From the NCBI GenBank assembly GCA_964351975.1, contig CAYGPK010000001.1, forward strand, positions 85,270-149,269: a stretch of 64,000 nt of DNA, read 5' to 3'. Under the pieces are notes generated by a model that was given only the letters and a program-made list of their open reading frames with translations, searched no databases and had not been told where the DNA came from. A program made the position numbers and the translations under genes. Shown here piece after piece: positions 27,162 to 38,572 of this stretch. Positions within the stretch are counted from its first letter, which is position 1; every line of letters begins with the position of its first letter. Source of the DNA: an uncultured Methanosarcinales archaeon. Lineage in GTDB: Archaea; Nanobdellota; Nanobdellia; Woesearchaeales; UBA583.

Positions 27162-29106
27162 TTTTAATTTCTTTATTATCTCTTTCTTTAGTTATTCCTT
27201 TAATGAAATCATCAATATTTGTTGTTGTTGTTTTATTATTTCTATCTCTATAAGAAATAGTTTTTTCTTCTAAATCTGTATCACCTATAATTAACAGATA
27301 ATTGGGTTTGTCATTTTCAAAGGAGAGTCTTATTTTATTTGATACAGTCTCGTGTTCATAATTAGTATCCACTCTGAAATTATTTTCTTCAAGTTTTTGT
27401 TTTATTTCATTACAATAATCAATGTGCCTATCAGCAACATTTATTATTTTAACTTGAATTGGTGCAAGCCATAAAGGAAATTTCCCTGCAAAGTGTTCAA
27501 TCATAACTGCCATAAATCTTTCTAATGATCCTAATATTGCTCTATGAATCATTACTGGTTGCATAGGACCTTTACCTTCTGATTCATATTTTAATTCAAA
27601 TCTTTGAGGAAGATTAAAGTCTAGTTGAATTGTTGCAGTTTGCCAAACTCTATTTAATGTGTCTCTTATTCTAAAGTCAATTTTAGGTCCATAAAAAGCA
27701 CCATCACCTTCACAAATTTTATATTCTTTATTGTTTCTTTCTATAGCGTTTGCTAATGATTTTTCTGCGGAATCCCATATTTCTTTAGTTCCTAGAAAGT
27801 CATCTGGTCTTGTTGAGAGTTCGATTTCATATTTCATTTGAAAAACATCTTTGTAAACGTAATCTACAAATTCTAAAAGTTTATCGATTTCATCTTCAAC
27901 TTGTTCCATTGTACAAAAAATATGAGCATCATCTTGACAAAATTTTCTAACTCTTGTTAAACCTGATAATGCCCCTGAAAGTTCATTTCTATGTAATGCT
28001 CCAAAATCTGCAATTCTTAGAGGTAGTTCTTTATATGATCTAAAATCATTTTTGAAAATTAAACAATGAGATGGACAATTCATAGGTTTTAATGAAAATT
28101 CTTGACCTTCAACATTAAATATAAACATATCATCTTTGTAATGTTCCCAATGCCCTGATGTTTCCCATAATTTTTTATTAAACATATTAGGAGTCATAAC
28201 TTCTTTGTAATCATATTTTTTATATTGTTCTCTTATGAAGTTTTGAAGTTCTTTCCACATATGAAATCCTTTTGGTAAAAAAAAAGTCATACCAGGTGCG
28301 TATTCGTGTGTCATAAATAAATCTAACCCTTTTCCTAGAATTCTATGGTCTCTTTTTTTTGCTTCCTCTAGCATTTCAAAGTATTCATCCATATCAGTTT
28401 TTTTCCAAAAAGCAGTACCGTAAACTCTATTTAATTGTTTATTGTTAGCATCTGCTCTCCAATATGCTTTAGTTACTTTTTCAAGTTTGAAAGCTTTAAT
28501 TAATCCAGTTTTAGGTAAGTGTGGACCAGTACATAAATCTTCGAATTCAGATTGTTTATAGAATTTAAATTTACCATTTTCTAAATTTCCTTCCTCAAGT
28601 TCTTCTTCTTTAAGATTTCCTTTTGAGATTGCTTCAATTATTTCTTTTTTGTATTCATTGTTTTTGAAATGTTTTAGAGCTTCTTCTTTTGTTTTATAAT
28701 TTATTGTTATTTCTAAATCTTCTTTGATTATTTTTTGCATCTCAGCTTCAATTTTAGGAAGTTTTTCATCAGTTATTTCATCACAATCAACATCATAGTA
28801 AAATCCATTTTCAATTGCAGGACCTATTGTTATTTTTGCTTTTGGAAATAATCTTAATACTGACTGTGCAAAAACGTGCGCTGTTGTGTGTCTTAAAATG
28901 TGAAGTGATTCCTCTGATTTAGATGTTATTATTTCAATACTGCTATCTGTGGTTATGGTAGTGCTTAAATCAATTAGTTTATTATCTATTTTTGCAGCAA
29001 TTGCCATTCTGGCAAGTCCTTCTGAAATAGATCTTGCAACATCAAGTGCTGTAGTCTCTTTTTCAAATTGTTTAATTGTTCCATCAGGTAGCGTTATTTT
29101 TACCAT
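27127..29106 (-). CDS. thrS: threonyl-tRNA synthetase (bacterial-type, with TGS and N2 editing domains)
   Basis: TGS N-terminus, HTTAHVFAQ, class II motifs (HRNELSGALSGLTRVRKFCQDDAHIF) and an anticodon-binding C-terminus. Confidence 0.9.
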   Translation of the reverse strand: MVKITLPDGTIKQFEKETTALDVARSISEGLARMAIAAKIDNKLIDLSTTITTDSSIEIITSKSEESLHILRHTTAHVFAQSVLRLFPKAKITIGPAIENGFYYDVDCDEITDEKLPKIEAEMQKIIKEDLEITINYKTKEEALKHFKNNEYKKEIIEAISKGNLKEEELEEGNLENGKFKFYKQSEFEDLCTGPHLPKTGLIKAFKLEKVTKAYWRADANNKQLNRVYGTAFWKKTDMDEYFEMLEEAKKRDHRILGKGLDLFMTHEYAPGMTFFLPKGFHMWKELQNFIREQYKKYDYKEVMTPNMFNKKLWETSGHWEHYKDDMFIFNVEGQEFSLKPMNCPSHCLIFKNDFRSYKELPLRIADFGALHRNELSGALSGLTRVRKFCQDDAHIFCTMEQVEDEIDKLLEFVDYVYKDVFQMKYEIELSTRPDDFLGTKEIWDSAEKSLANAIERNNKEYKICEGDGAFYGPKIDFRIRDTLNRVWQTATIQLDFNLPQRFELKYESEGKGPMQPVMIHRAILGSLERFMAVMIEHFAGKFPLWLAPIQVKIINVADRHIDYCNEIKQKLEENNFRVDTNYEHETVSNKIRLSFENDKPNYLLIIGDTDLEEKTISYRDRNNKTTTTNIDDFIKGITKERDNKEIKNGEENKASPSL

Positions 29107-29202
29107 ATATGAATAAAAAAGTCAGGTTTTATAAATTCTTTGTTCTCTTTTAGATAAAAATTAGATAAAAATATTTATATATATTAAAGCATATTTCTTG
29201 TT

Positions 29203-30006
29203 ATGCTAGAAAAAAAGATAGATGAAAACTTCATTATATTCTTGAGGGGCCAATTTAATGATAGAAAAAAAGAGTTGACAGATGAAAGAGTTGAATTGAC
29301 AAAATTATGGCTTTCTATTTTTAATGATTTATCTAGTAAAAATTTATCTATTGAAGATGAAACAAATCTGAGAGAAAAGATATCTGAGAATATCGGTTTG
29401 TATATAAATTTAAATAAGGAGATAGAATCTAAACGTAAAGAGATATGGAAGTTCATTCTGGAGTTGATTTCAAAAGATTTTGAAGATTCATACAATTCTG
29501 TCAATAGTCAGTTTTTTTCGCAAGTTTTAAACTTAAGTGAACATATCAACAATTTAAATATAATATTTGGAGAATCTAATTTAAATACTTTTTTACAAGA
29601 CTTACAAAAAAGTGTTAACGATAAAAATTTCTTAATTTCTGAACTTAGATATAGATTTAATTTATTTTTTAATAGGTTTTATGATAAAACAGAAGATACT
29701 TTACCTATTGAAATTTGTAGATCTCTTTCTATTTTGACTTTTTTATTTAATATTGTTAGAGATTTAGAAAAGAATCTAGACTCATCATTGTCAATTAGTT
29801 TAGTTTATTTCTGTAATGGATTTCTAATAGATTATTTAATTGCTATAGAACCTCTTCAGTTTATAGATTTGAAAGATAATAATATGAATATATCTTTTTT
29901 TAAAGGTGATATTTTCCATTATGATGGAGAAAGCTGTTCAATAACCAAGATTTATAACAAACTACTTGTGATTGATAAGTATTTATTTTCTAGTTTAAAT
30001 AAATAG
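29203..30006 (+). CDS. hypothetical protein
   Basis: 267-aa ORF. TATA-like atttatatatatt ~30 nt upstream. Confidence 0.4.
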   Translation: MLEKKIDENFIIFLRGQFNDRKKELTDERVELTKLWLSIFNDLSSKNLSIEDETNLREKISENIGLYINLNKEIESKRKEIWKFILELISKDFEDSYNSVNSQFFSQVLNLSEHINNLNIIFGESNLNTFLQDLQKSVNDKNFLISELRYRFNLFFNRFYDKTEDTLPIEICRSLSILTFLFNIVRDLEKNLDSSLSISLVYFCNGFLIDYLIAIEPLQFIDLKDNNMNISFFKGDIFHYDGESCSITKIYNKLLVIDKYLFSSLNK

Positions 30007-30101
30007 AGCAATTTTTATTTTTTTTTATTTTTTTAGAGATAAATAATTTTTTTATATATATAATTAGTTTTATTAATAGCATTTGATTACTATTAGTTAA
30101 G

Positions 30102-30776
30102 ATGAGTAAGAAAGTAGTTTTAATGGAATTTGAAAGTAATCCTAATGTTGGGCTTTATATGTTTGCAAATGATAAATTTTGTCTTTTAGGATGTGAAGTA
30201 GATTCAGCGAAGAAAAAAGAGATAGAGAGTGTTTTAGGAGTTAAGGTTTATACTGTTACAGTACTGGGTACAGAGCTTGTAGGAGTTTTTGTTTCAGGTA
30301 ATAATGAAACTTTAGTAATTCCAGAGATGTTTGATTATGAGAGAAAAGTAATTGATAATATTTGTCAAGAATATGGTGTTAAATTACTTGTTATGGATAA
30401 TAAAATTAATACTTATGGAAATAGTATGTGTATGGGTAAAGAAGAGATTTTAATTAATTCAGATTATGATTTAGATTTTGTTAAGAAATTGAAAAAAAAG
30501 ACAGAATTGGAAGTTCACAAAATTAAAAATAAAGAATTTAAGGCAACAGGGGGGGTAATTAGATTTTTAAATGGAAAATATTATGCTTCTCAAGATTTAG
30601 AGAAAGAAGATGTTAAAGTTGTTTTAGATAAAATAGCAGGAGTTGGTAGTGTTAATTCTGGAGCTAGTTTTGTATCAAGTGGAATTGTTGGTAATTCAAA
30701 TGGACTTATTTTAGGTTCAATGTGTTCAACTGTTGAAATTCAAGATATTGTTGAGAGCTTAGATTATTTAGATTAA
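30102..30776 (+). CDS. eif6: translation initiation factor 6 (aIF6)
   Basis: 224 aa with repeated V/I-G-x-F pentein-like units (NPNVGLYMFAN, GTELVGVFVSGNNETLVIP). Confidence 0.75.
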   Translation: MSKKVVLMEFESNPNVGLYMFANDKFCLLGCEVDSAKKKEIESVLGVKVYTVTVLGTELVGVFVSGNNETLVIPEMFDYERKVIDNICQEYGVKLLVMDNKINTYGNSMCMGKEEILINSDYDLDFVKKLKKKTELEVHKIKNKEFKATGGVIRFLNGKYYASQDLEKEDVKVVLDKIAGVGSVNSGASFVSSGIVGNSNGLILGSMCSTVEIQDIVESLDYLD

Positions 30777-30782
30777 AATAGA

Positions 30783-31523
30783 ATGTTTGGGGCATTAGAT
30801 ATAGCTTATTGGCAATTGTATTCAAAGAAATTAGATCATCTAATAGGGGAGGAACATTTTGAAGAACCTTTGTTTGTAGATAGAAAAACTCAAGATTTAT
30901 GGGTTTGTTTTTTGCCTTGGCGAACATCTTTAAAAGAAGCTAATTTATTTGGCTTACTTCCTAGAAATGATTCTTTGCTTATTTATGAAGGTCCACCCAG
31001 TTTAGTAGGAACTACACCAACTCAAGCAAAAGAGAGTTTGCTTAGATTAATTGATTATTTTGATGAACATAAATTTATGGATATGTTTAATTGCAAAGTT
31101 TTAGGATTAAGTATTGGCACTTTACCAGCTTTTTATTTAGCCAATCATTTTTCTGTACAAAAAATAGTCACAGTTGCTGCAGGGGCAAGATTAGGTGAAA
31201 ATATTTATTCAAGTTTAGCAACTCAAGAAGTTAAAAAGAGAGCAATTTTAAATGGTTTTGAAACTTCAGAAGATTATGATCATAGAATGAAAGGATACAA
31301 TCCTATTGATAATTTAGATGATTTACCTTTTGGAGAGATTTATATTGAACTAGCAGAATTTGATAAACATATACCAACAAGAAGTGGGATGACTCTGATA
31401 AGCGAATTAAGAAAGAAAAAGATTGGTCATACTTTTCAATTAAATAGATGTGGTGATCATAGTTCAACTATTTTAGGTTGGGGGATGAGAAATAGATTTG
31501 GACAACTTCCTTATATGAATTAA
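30783..31523 (+). CDS. alpha/beta-hydrolase-fold protein (GxSxG)
   Basis: VLGLSIGTL nucleophile-elbow motif. Confidence 0.4.
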   Translation: MFGALDIAYWQLYSKKLDHLIGEEHFEEPLFVDRKTQDLWVCFLPWRTSLKEANLFGLLPRNDSLLIYEGPPSLVGTTPTQAKESLLRLIDYFDEHKFMDMFNCKVLGLSIGTLPAFYLANHFSVQKIVTVAAGARLGENIYSSLATQEVKKRAILNGFETSEDYDHRMKGYNPIDNLDDLPFGEIYIELAEFDKHIPTRSGMTLISELRKKKIGHTFQLNRCGDHSSTILGWGMRNRFGQLPYMN

Positions 31524-31577
31524 TTTACCTTTATGTGAATAGTAATCTATATAAATACTTTTGATTAAATTATATAT

Positions 31578-31883
31578 ATGATACCCATTGTTTTTTATAC
31601 TATAGGATTTGTTTTTTATTGCGCTTTTTGCCTTGTGACGTTTGATGTTTATTCTAAAAAGAGAGAACATACGAATCCACTTATTTTAAGTATGATTTTT
31701 GTTTATTATTCAATTCTTGCAGCGTATATTGTAAGTATAATGGAAACATCAACTGATGTTTTTGTTTTATCAATTGAAATTTTAATTTATGTTTTAGGAA
31801 GTGGTTTTTTATGTTTTTATTATTATAATACTGCAATTAGACCTAAGGATTCGGATTATGAAAAAGAAAGAAACGAATTTTAA
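31578..31883 (+). CDS. hypothetical small membrane protein
   Basis: Three hydrophobic segments. Confidence 0.35.
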   Translation: MIPIVFYTIGFVFYCAFCLVTFDVYSKKREHTNPLILSMIFVYYSILAAYIVSIMETSTDVFVLSIEILIYVLGSGFLCFYYYNTAIRPKDSDYEKERNEF

Positions 31884-31992
31884 TTCTAAATATCTATTTT
31901 TCTAATTTTTTCGTTATTTTAATGTTTACATAGTTATACTATGCTACACACTAAAATGTCTCAAACTTAAAAAAATATCTAATTTAGAATTT

Positions 31993-32511
31993 TTAATAAC
32001 ATTCGTTGTAGAATTCTTTGATTAATCTTCCTTCAATATTTTCAATTGAATATTTATGAACATTATAACCTTTATTTTTAACCCATTCTACAAATTTTTT
32101 TTTTTGTTCACCTGACATTAATTTGTAGTATATAAAAGTTTCACATTCAAAATTTACATCACAGTGCCCAATTCTTAAATCTTTTTTTGGTCCTTCTAGT
32201 TGTTCTTTAGGAACTATTTCATTTATTTTATTATGAAGTGGACAGGCAAAACAAGTTTCACTAAATTGAACTAGATTAAAGCAAACCCCAGATTTTGGAA
32301 ATTCATCATTATCATATCTTTTTTTGAAATTAATTAGAGCTGTTTCATTATCTTGTTCTTTTTCTAGTTCCTCGTTTAGCTCAATTGTATTTTCTTGAAT
32401 ATCTCTCAATACTTCTTTCTCAGTTGTAAGACCGGGAGAACAACAACCGTAACAGCTGATGCCGAGTTCAGGTATTTGACATGGGACTTTTGGCGGTTGA
32501 GAATAGGTCAT
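31993..32511 (-). CDS. cysteine-rich protein, possibly a YkgJ-like Zn/Fe-chelating domain
   Basis: ISCYGCCSPG (CxGCC), CFNLV...CFACPLH and GHCDVNFEC. Lies 7 nt downstream of metG on the same strand. Confidence 0.4.
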   Translation of the reverse strand: MTYSQPPKVPCQIPELGISCYGCCSPGLTTEKEVLRDIQENTIELNEELEKEQDNETALINFKKRYDNDEFPKSGVCFNLVQFSETCFACPLHNKINEIVPKEQLEGPKKDLRIGHCDVNFECETFIYYKLMSGEQKKKFVEWVKNKGYNVHKYSIENIEGRLIKEFYNECY

Positions 32512-32517
32512 ATTTTA

Positions 32518-34515
32518 TTAACAAATTTTACCTTCTATATTTTTATCAATTGTAATGCTTTCAATTTCTTTGTTATCATATAATACTTTTAATTTTTTTC
32601 CAAACATCTCAATTTTTTTAAATTGTTTTGAATTAATTATTTTATCGTTATTTGCAGTTTTTTTATCACAAATTAAATTAGTTCCATGTTTTAATTCAGA
32701 TGTTAAAAGTGCAACTTCACCTTTTTCGCTCTCACATGCAAGAATCATTCCATTTGATTCGTAGCCACCTAATTTTGCAGGTTTTAGATTTGTTATTACA
32801 ATAACATTTTTATTTTGTAATTCTTCTAATTTGTATATCTCTTGAAGTCCTGAAACTATTTGTCTTGTTTCTTTTCCTAAATCAACTTGAATAATATATA
32901 GTTTAGTTGAGTCTGGATGTTTTTCGATTTTTGAAATTTTTCCAGCAGTTAAATTTAATTTTTCAAAGCCTTGTTTTTCATCTGAGTTATTTTGATTGTT
33001 ATTATTTTCTTTTTTTTCTTCTAGTTTTATTTTTTCAAAAATATTTTCTTTTTCTGCAAGTTTGTGATTTTCTTTCATGAATTCAAATTTGAAGATTTTA
33101 TCATTTTCTAAATTAAATTGTTTGAAAATTAATTTTGATTTTTCAGGCATGAAACAATCAATATATTTTGCAATTAGAATACAAGTTGAGCAAAGCGTAT
33201 TTATTATTGTAGCAAGTCTTTTTTGATCTTGTTCTTTCCAAGGTGAGACTTTATTTACATAAGCATTACTTTCACGAATTGCAAACCAAATTGTTTCTAG
33301 AGTTTTATGGATTTCAACACCATTCATTTCAGTTTTTATTTTTTCAAAAATATTTAAAGTTTCTAAAAGTTCTGTTTCATTATTTGTTAACTTATCAACT
33401 TTAGGTATTCCAGTTGGAAAATATTTATTTGCCATTGCATGAACTCTTGATACTAAATTTCCTAAATCATTATTTAAATCATTATTAACTTTTTGAGCAA
33501 ATTCTTTCATCTCAAAATTTTGATTTTCTCCAAAACTACCGCCTGAAAATAGATAATATCTCAGTTCATCAACTCCGTATTCTTTTGCAATTTTAATTGG
33601 ATCAATAACATTACCCATTGATTTACCCATTTTTTCTCCTTCAACTGTCCACCAACCGTGTGCAAAAACTTTCTTTGGTGTTTCATATCCTGTTGACATT
33701 AAAAATGCAGGCCAATAAACTTTGTGAAACCACATAATATCTTTTCCAACCATATGAAGGTTTGCCGGCCAAAAATTTTCTTTATTATTTTCTTTTAGAG
33801 CTGAGAGGTAATTGAAAAGTGCATCGAACCAAACATATGTTACATGCTCTGAATCAAATGGCAATTCAATCCCCCAAGTTAAAGTTTTTTTATTTCTTGA
33901 AATTGAAATATCTTGGAGTCCTTCTTTAACTCTATTTAGTGTTTCTTGAGAGATTGATTTTGGAGATAAAAATTTAGGGTTTGTTTTATATAATTCAAGT
34001 AGTTTATCTTGATATTTTGATAATCTAAAAAAATAGTTTTCTTCTTCCATTTCATCAACTTTTTTTTTATGAATTGAACAGATGTTACCTTCTAATAATT
34101 CATCTTCTTTGTAATACTGCTCACAATCAATACAGTACAATCCTTTGTATTTTGCTTTGTAAATATCCCCATTATCAAATGATTTTTGAAGCATCCCTTG
34201 AACAAATCTTTTATGGTGTTCATCAGTTGTTCTAATAAAATAATCATATGAAACGTTTAATACTTTTAATTGAGATTTAAAATGTGGAATAAGTGAGTCA
34301 ACAAATTGCTTTGGTTTTATTTTTGCTTCTGTTGCTTTTTTCTCAACTTTTTGTCCGTGTTCATCTGTTCCTGTTGTAAAAAATACTTCTTTACCTATAT
34401 TTCTATTCCACCTTGCAATAATATCACAGGCAACGGATGTGTAGGCGTGTCCTAAGTGAGGTTTACCAGATGCGTAATAGATAGGCGTTGTAATGTAAAA
34501 AGTCTTGTCTGTCAT
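32518..34515 (-). CDS. metG: methionyl-tRNA synthetase with a C-terminal EMAP/Trbp111-like tRNA-binding domain
   Basis: HIGH (PHLGHAYT) and KMSKS (KMGKSMGN) motifs. C-terminal OB-fold (GKISKIEKHPDSTKLYIIQVDLG). Confidence 0.9.
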   Translation of the reverse strand: MTDKTFYITTPIYYASGKPHLGHAYTSVACDIIARWNRNIGKEVFFTTGTDEHGQKVEKKATEAKIKPKQFVDSLIPHFKSQLKVLNVSYDYFIRTTDEHHKRFVQGMLQKSFDNGDIYKAKYKGLYCIDCEQYYKEDELLEGNICSIHKKKVDEMEEENYFFRLSKYQDKLLELYKTNPKFLSPKSISQETLNRVKEGLQDISISRNKKTLTWGIELPFDSEHVTYVWFDALFNYLSALKENNKENFWPANLHMVGKDIMWFHKVYWPAFLMSTGYETPKKVFAHGWWTVEGEKMGKSMGNVIDPIKIAKEYGVDELRYYLFSGGSFGENQNFEMKEFAQKVNNDLNNDLGNLVSRVHAMANKYFPTGIPKVDKLTNNETELLETLNIFEKIKTEMNGVEIHKTLETIWFAIRESNAYVNKVSPWKEQDQKRLATIINTLCSTCILIAKYIDCFMPEKSKLIFKQFNLENDKIFKFEFMKENHKLAEKENIFEKIKLEEKKENNNNQNNSDEKQGFEKLNLTAGKISKIEKHPDSTKLYIIQVDLGKETRQIVSGLQEIYKLEELQNKNVIVITNLKPAKLGGYESNGMILACESEKGEVALLTSELKHGTNLICDKKTANNDKIINSKQFKKIEMFGKKLKVLYDNKEIESITIDKNIEGKIC

Positions 34516-34549
34516 AAGTTTACTAATGAAAGGTTGTTTATAAATATAA

Positions 34550-35431
34550 TTAATTTTCTTTATTTTTACCTAAAAATTCAATATTTATTACTTTCCCTTT
34601 TTTAGTATCAATTTCAACTAAAGTATTTACATTTCCACCAAAACCTGCGTTTATACAAATTGTTTTACCAATTTTATCTTTTCCATAACCTTCGTGCATA
34701 TGTCCACCTATGCAAAGTAGAGGTTGATATTTTTCAATTAAACCTTTTGCTATAACTGAGCCGAAATGGTGTCCATCTCTAGGTGATTCCTTATTGTTAA
34801 TTTTGTCTAATTTAGTCTGAAATGGAACATTGTGTGAAACAAATATAATTGGTTTTTTACTATTTTCAAATAAAGTTGATAACTTAGCAAAAGTTTTATC
34901 AAAATCATTTTTAGTTTTTTTAAGTTGTTCTTTTGTATAGAGATTTAAATCTTGCTTATATTGTGGATATTCTGGTCCAGAAATTATTCCATGACCAATA
35001 AAAGAGAGATTTTCAGTTTCAATTTTCTTGTGATGAAGGTCAATAATATTTGGCAAATTTTTAATTAATTCTTTGTAAAAATTATTTTTTAAATAATCCC
35101 AATTAGATTCTTCTCCAGTCCAATCCCAATTCCCGGGAGTTATATATATGGGGACATTTAATGAATTTAGATATTCTAATACTTTTCTTCCGTTTTTTAG
35201 AGATTCTTTAATTATAATTTTAGCTTTTCTTTTTCCACAAATATCATACCAAGTTGTTTTATTTTTTGGGTTTTTTAATTGTTTTTTTAAAGACTCAAAC
35301 ATTAGTGGTTTTGATTCATCACTACAAAAATCACCAGGTCCAATTATTGCATCAAAGTCTTTAGCATGCATAATTGGCATTGCTCCGTGTAAATCTCCAA
35401 TTATTAAAAATTTCACAATATTTTTAGTCAT
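34550..35431 (-). CDS. metallophosphoesterase (calcineurin-like)
   Basis: IIGDLHG and GHMHEGYG motifs. Confidence 0.7.
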   Translation of the reverse strand: MTKNIVKFLIIGDLHGAMPIMHAKDFDAIIGPGDFCSDESKPLMFESLKKQLKNPKNKTTWYDICGKRKAKIIIKESLKNGRKVLEYLNSLNVPIYITPGNWDWTGEESNWDYLKNNFYKELIKNLPNIIDLHHKKIETENLSFIGHGIISGPEYPQYKQDLNLYTKEQLKKTKNDFDKTFAKLSTLFENSKKPIIFVSHNVPFQTKLDKINNKESPRDGHHFGSVIAKGLIEKYQPLLCIGGHMHEGYGKDKIGKTICINAGFGGNVNTLVEIDTKKGKVINIEFLGKNKEN

Positions 35432-35462
35432 GTTTTATTTTAAATAAAGTTTTTTATAAAAC

Positions 35463-38132
35463 TTAGTTTTCAAAGAAATGATATTTATCTTGTATGAAAT
35501 TACCAAGTGTGTTTAGTAAAAATACTATTAATGTTGCTCCAAGTATCATTGTCCAATCTGTAAATCCTAAAAATACGGTTCCAAAGAAAATATTAATAGG
35601 AGTGTAAATTACAATTAATTGTAATATTAATGAAATGCATACTGCCCATACTAAATAGGGATTTGAGAATGGACCTAAATTATATTCTGTTCTAATTGCT
35701 TGAAGCCGAACTAGTTCCATTACGATAATTGCTGTAAATGCTATTGTTTGAATTTTTTCTAAAGAAAAACCTTTATTTTGTGCCCATACAATTAGAGCAA
35801 GAATTGCAATAGTTATTAGAATACCAACATAAACTACGTGAAACATCATTTCCTTATCCATAATTCCTTCTGAGGCTTTTTTAGGGGGCTTTGACATTAA
35901 CTTATCAGATTTAGGATCAGCACTTAGAGCAAGAGCAGGTAGTCCATCTGTTACAAGGTTTAACCATAAAAGCATAATTGCAGTCATAGGTAGAGGAAGT
36001 CCAAGTACTATTGCAAAGAAAATTAATAGTACTTCTGCTAAATTTGAAGAGAATAAATAGTTTACAAATTTTTTAATGTTTTCATAAATTCCTCTTCCTT
36101 CTTCAACGGCATTTACAATACTTGTGAATTTGTCATCAAGAAGAATCATCTCTGATGATTCTTTAGCAACATCTGTCCCATTTATACCCATTGCAATTCC
36201 CATATCAGCAGCTTTAATTGCAGGTGCATCATTTACTCCATCACCAGTCATTGCAACAACTTCACCTTGCTCTTGAAGAAGTTTTACTATTTGCATTTTA
36301 TGAATAGGTTCAACTCTTGCAAAAATTCTTATTTTTTTTATTATTTTCTTTTTTTCAGATTCAGAGAGTTTTGCAAAGTCTTCTCCATTCATAGATTCAC
36401 CTACAATTCCTATTTCTTTACCAATTGCAGCTGCTGTAATCTTATTATCACCAGTTATCATTATTACTTTAATTCCTGCAGTATTACATTTTGCAATTGC
36501 TTCTTTAACATCTAAATGAGGTGGGTCAATCATTGCTTGAAGTCCAACAAATATTAAATTAGATTCATTTTTTTCTTTTGAATTATATATTTTATATGCA
36601 AACCCTAAAACTCTTAGAGCAGAGCTTGCATAATTTTCATTTTGTTTTAGAATAGCTTTTTTATCAGAATCGTTTATGTTTCTAATTTTTCCATTGTCAA
36701 GAATTTTTTTACAAATTTTTAGAACTTGTTCTGGTGCTCCTTTAGTATGAACAATTTTTTCTTTTGTTTTACTATTTTCATTAATTGTACTCATTAATTT
36801 TCTATCAGAATCAAATGGTTCTTCATCTATTTTTTTCCAAAGTTTATTTGTTTCATCAAGATTAAAATCTGCTTTTTTTGCTGAAACTAAAAGAGCACCC
36901 TCAGTTGGATCTCCCGTTATTTTCCATAAATTTTTTTCTTTTAGAAGTGAAGCTGAATTACAAAGAAGTCCAATTCTAAATATTAGATTATCAATTTTTT
37001 TTGAAAGTGTTCCTTGTGGATTATATCCAATACCATCAATTTCACATTCAGAATCAATAGTCCAAACTTTTCTAACGGTCATTTGATTTTTAGTTAGTGT
37101 TCCAGTTTTATCAGTACATATAACTGTTGTTTCACCAAGTGTTTCAACTGATGGTAGTTTACGAATAAGTGCATTTTTTTTAACCATTGCTTTAACACCA
37201 AGAGCAAGAGCGATTGTAACAATTGCAGGAAGGCCTTCTGGAACTGCAGCAACAGCAAGGGAAATTGCAGTTAGAAACCAGTCTTTAGATGCAAAAACAA
37301 ATTCAGAGAATTGTCCTGAAAATAGAAGAGGAAGATAACCATCTTTAGTTACACCAACAATAAATATAATAGCACAAATAGCAAGAGTTGCACTTGCAAC
37401 CCATTTTCCAAATTGTTCTAATTTTTTTTGAAGTGGAGTCATTTCATTTTCAGTTGTATTTAGAAGATTTGCAATTTTTCCAATTTCGGTTTCCATTGCA
37501 ATTGAAGTTACTATTGCTCTTCCTTTTCCTTTTGTAATTATTGTTCCTGAAAACAACATATTTTTTCGATCAGCAACAGTTAAGTTCCCTTTTATTTCAT
37601 CTACTTGTTTAGATACTGGAACTGATTCCCCTGTTAACGCTGCTTCTTCAACACTTAGATTTTTACACTCAATAATTCTACAATCAGCAGGAATTTTATC
37701 TCCTTCTTCAAGAATTACAATATCACCTGGAACTAGTTCACTTACATCAATTTGTATTATTTGTTCATTTCTAAGTACTCTTGTTTTTAATGCGGAGATT
37801 TTTCTTAGAGCTTCTATTGATTTTTCTGCTCTGTACTCTTGTAAAAATCCAAACACCGCATTGAATACTAAAATAATTAAAATAATAATTGCCTCTGTGT
37901 ATTCTTTAGAGATAAAGGAGATTATAACTGCAAAGATTAAAATGTATATGATGAAACTTTTAAATTGATTGATGAATAGAATAAATGGATTTATTTTTTC
38001 TTTTTCAGTAAGTTTATTTTCTCCATATTTGTTTTGTCTAGTTTTAACTTCAGATGGAGAAAGTCCTGTTTGAGAATTGGATTTTAATTCTTTAATTGTA
38101 TCATTATAAGAGAGGTTGTAATAGTTTAACAT
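35463..38132 (-). CDS. P-type cation-transporting ATPase (P2/Ca2+-type)
   Basis: [10 protein letters not shown] phosphorylation site and [26 protein letters not shown] present. 889 aa. Confidence 0.9.
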   Translation of the reverse strand: MLNYYNLSYNDTIKELKSNSQTGLSPSEVKTRQNKYGENKLTEKEKINPFILFINQFKSFIIYILIFAVIISFISKEYTEAIIILIILVFNAVFGFLQEYRAEKSIEALRKISALKTRVLRNEQIIQIDVSELVPGDIVILEEGDKIPADCRIIECKNLSVEEAALTGESVPVSKQVDEIKGNLTVADRKNMLFSGTIITKGKGRAIVTSIAMETEIGKIANLLNTTENEMTPLQKKLEQFGKWVASATLAICAIIFIVGVTKDGYLPLLFSGQFSEFVFASKDWFLTAISLAVAAVPEGLPAIVTIALALGVKAMVKKNALIRKLPSVETLGETTVICTDKTGTLTKNQMTVRKVWTIDSECEIDGIGYNPQGTLSKKIDNLIFRIGLLCNSASLLKEKNLWKITGDPTEGALLVSAKKADFNLDETNKLWKKIDEEPFDSDRKLMSTINENSKTKEKIVHTKGAPEQVLKICKKILDNGKIRNINDSDKKAILKQNENYASSALRVLGFAYKIYNSKEKNESNLIFVGLQAMIDPPHLDVKEAIAKCNTAGIKVIMITGDNKITAAAIGKEIGIVGESMNGEDFAKLSESEKKKIIKKIRIFARVEPIHKMQIVKLLQEQGEVVAMTGDGVNDAPAIKAADMGIAMGINGTDVAKESSEMILLDDKFTSIVNAVEEGRGIYENIKKFVNYLFSSNLAEVLLIFFAIVLGLPLPMTAIMLLWLNLVTDGLPALALSADPKSDKLMSKPPKKASEGIMDKEMMFHVVYVGILITIAILALIVWAQNKGFSLEKIQTIAFTAIIVMELVRLQAIRTEYNLGPFSNPYLVWAVCISLILQLIVIYTPINIFFGTVFLGFTDWTMILGATLIVFLLNTLGNFIQDKYHFFEN

Positions 38133-38216
38133 AGATATTTCTTAAGAAATGGATTTATAATAATTTATACTTATCTTAGAGTTAGAATATTAAAAAGATT
38201 AAATATATATTATTAA

Positions 38217-38486
38217 TTAACAAATATTTGTGTGGTGCTCATACATTAATGCAACGTCACCATCTTCGATAATTAAAAGATTTTGAATTTCAGTTTTAAT
38301 ATCAACTGAATCTACTCTTTTACTTTTTTGAATTAATTCATCAATTGCAATTGTAATTTTAGTTGCAATTTCTTCAGCTCTTTGTTCATTTAAATGAGCA
38401 TTAATTGCAGATGCGTAGACGGTTGTGTAAATTTTTTTCTCGTCATACTTTTCTGCGTGCCCCCCTCTTTTAACTACTATTACCAT
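38217..38486 (-). CDS. ATP-cone domain protein
   Basis: MVIVVKRGGHAEKYDEKKI...VALMYEHH matches the ATP-cone (NrdR N-terminal) pattern. Confidence 0.55.
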   Translation of the reverse strand: MVIVVKRGGHAEKYDEKKIYTTVYASAINAHLNEQRAEEIATKITIAIDELIQKSKRVDSVDIKTEIQNLLIIEDGDVALMYEHHTNIC

Positions 38487-38497
38487 ATTTTTTTCTT

Positions 38498-38538
38498 TAT
38501 TTTTAGTTTAAATTAATTGTTCCATTTGCAATCAACAA
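38498..38538 (-). repeat. diverged duplicate of the ccdA 3' end, encoding the same C-terminal peptide (L)LIANGTINLN*
   Basis: The reverse-strand translation of 38503..38538 gives LLIANGTINLN-stop. It differs from the real gene end (38573..38608) only by synonymous changes, and is out of frame with ccdA. Confidence 0.55.
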
Positions 38539-38572
38539 AAATCTTAGATTTTTGAGATCACAAATTTCACTT

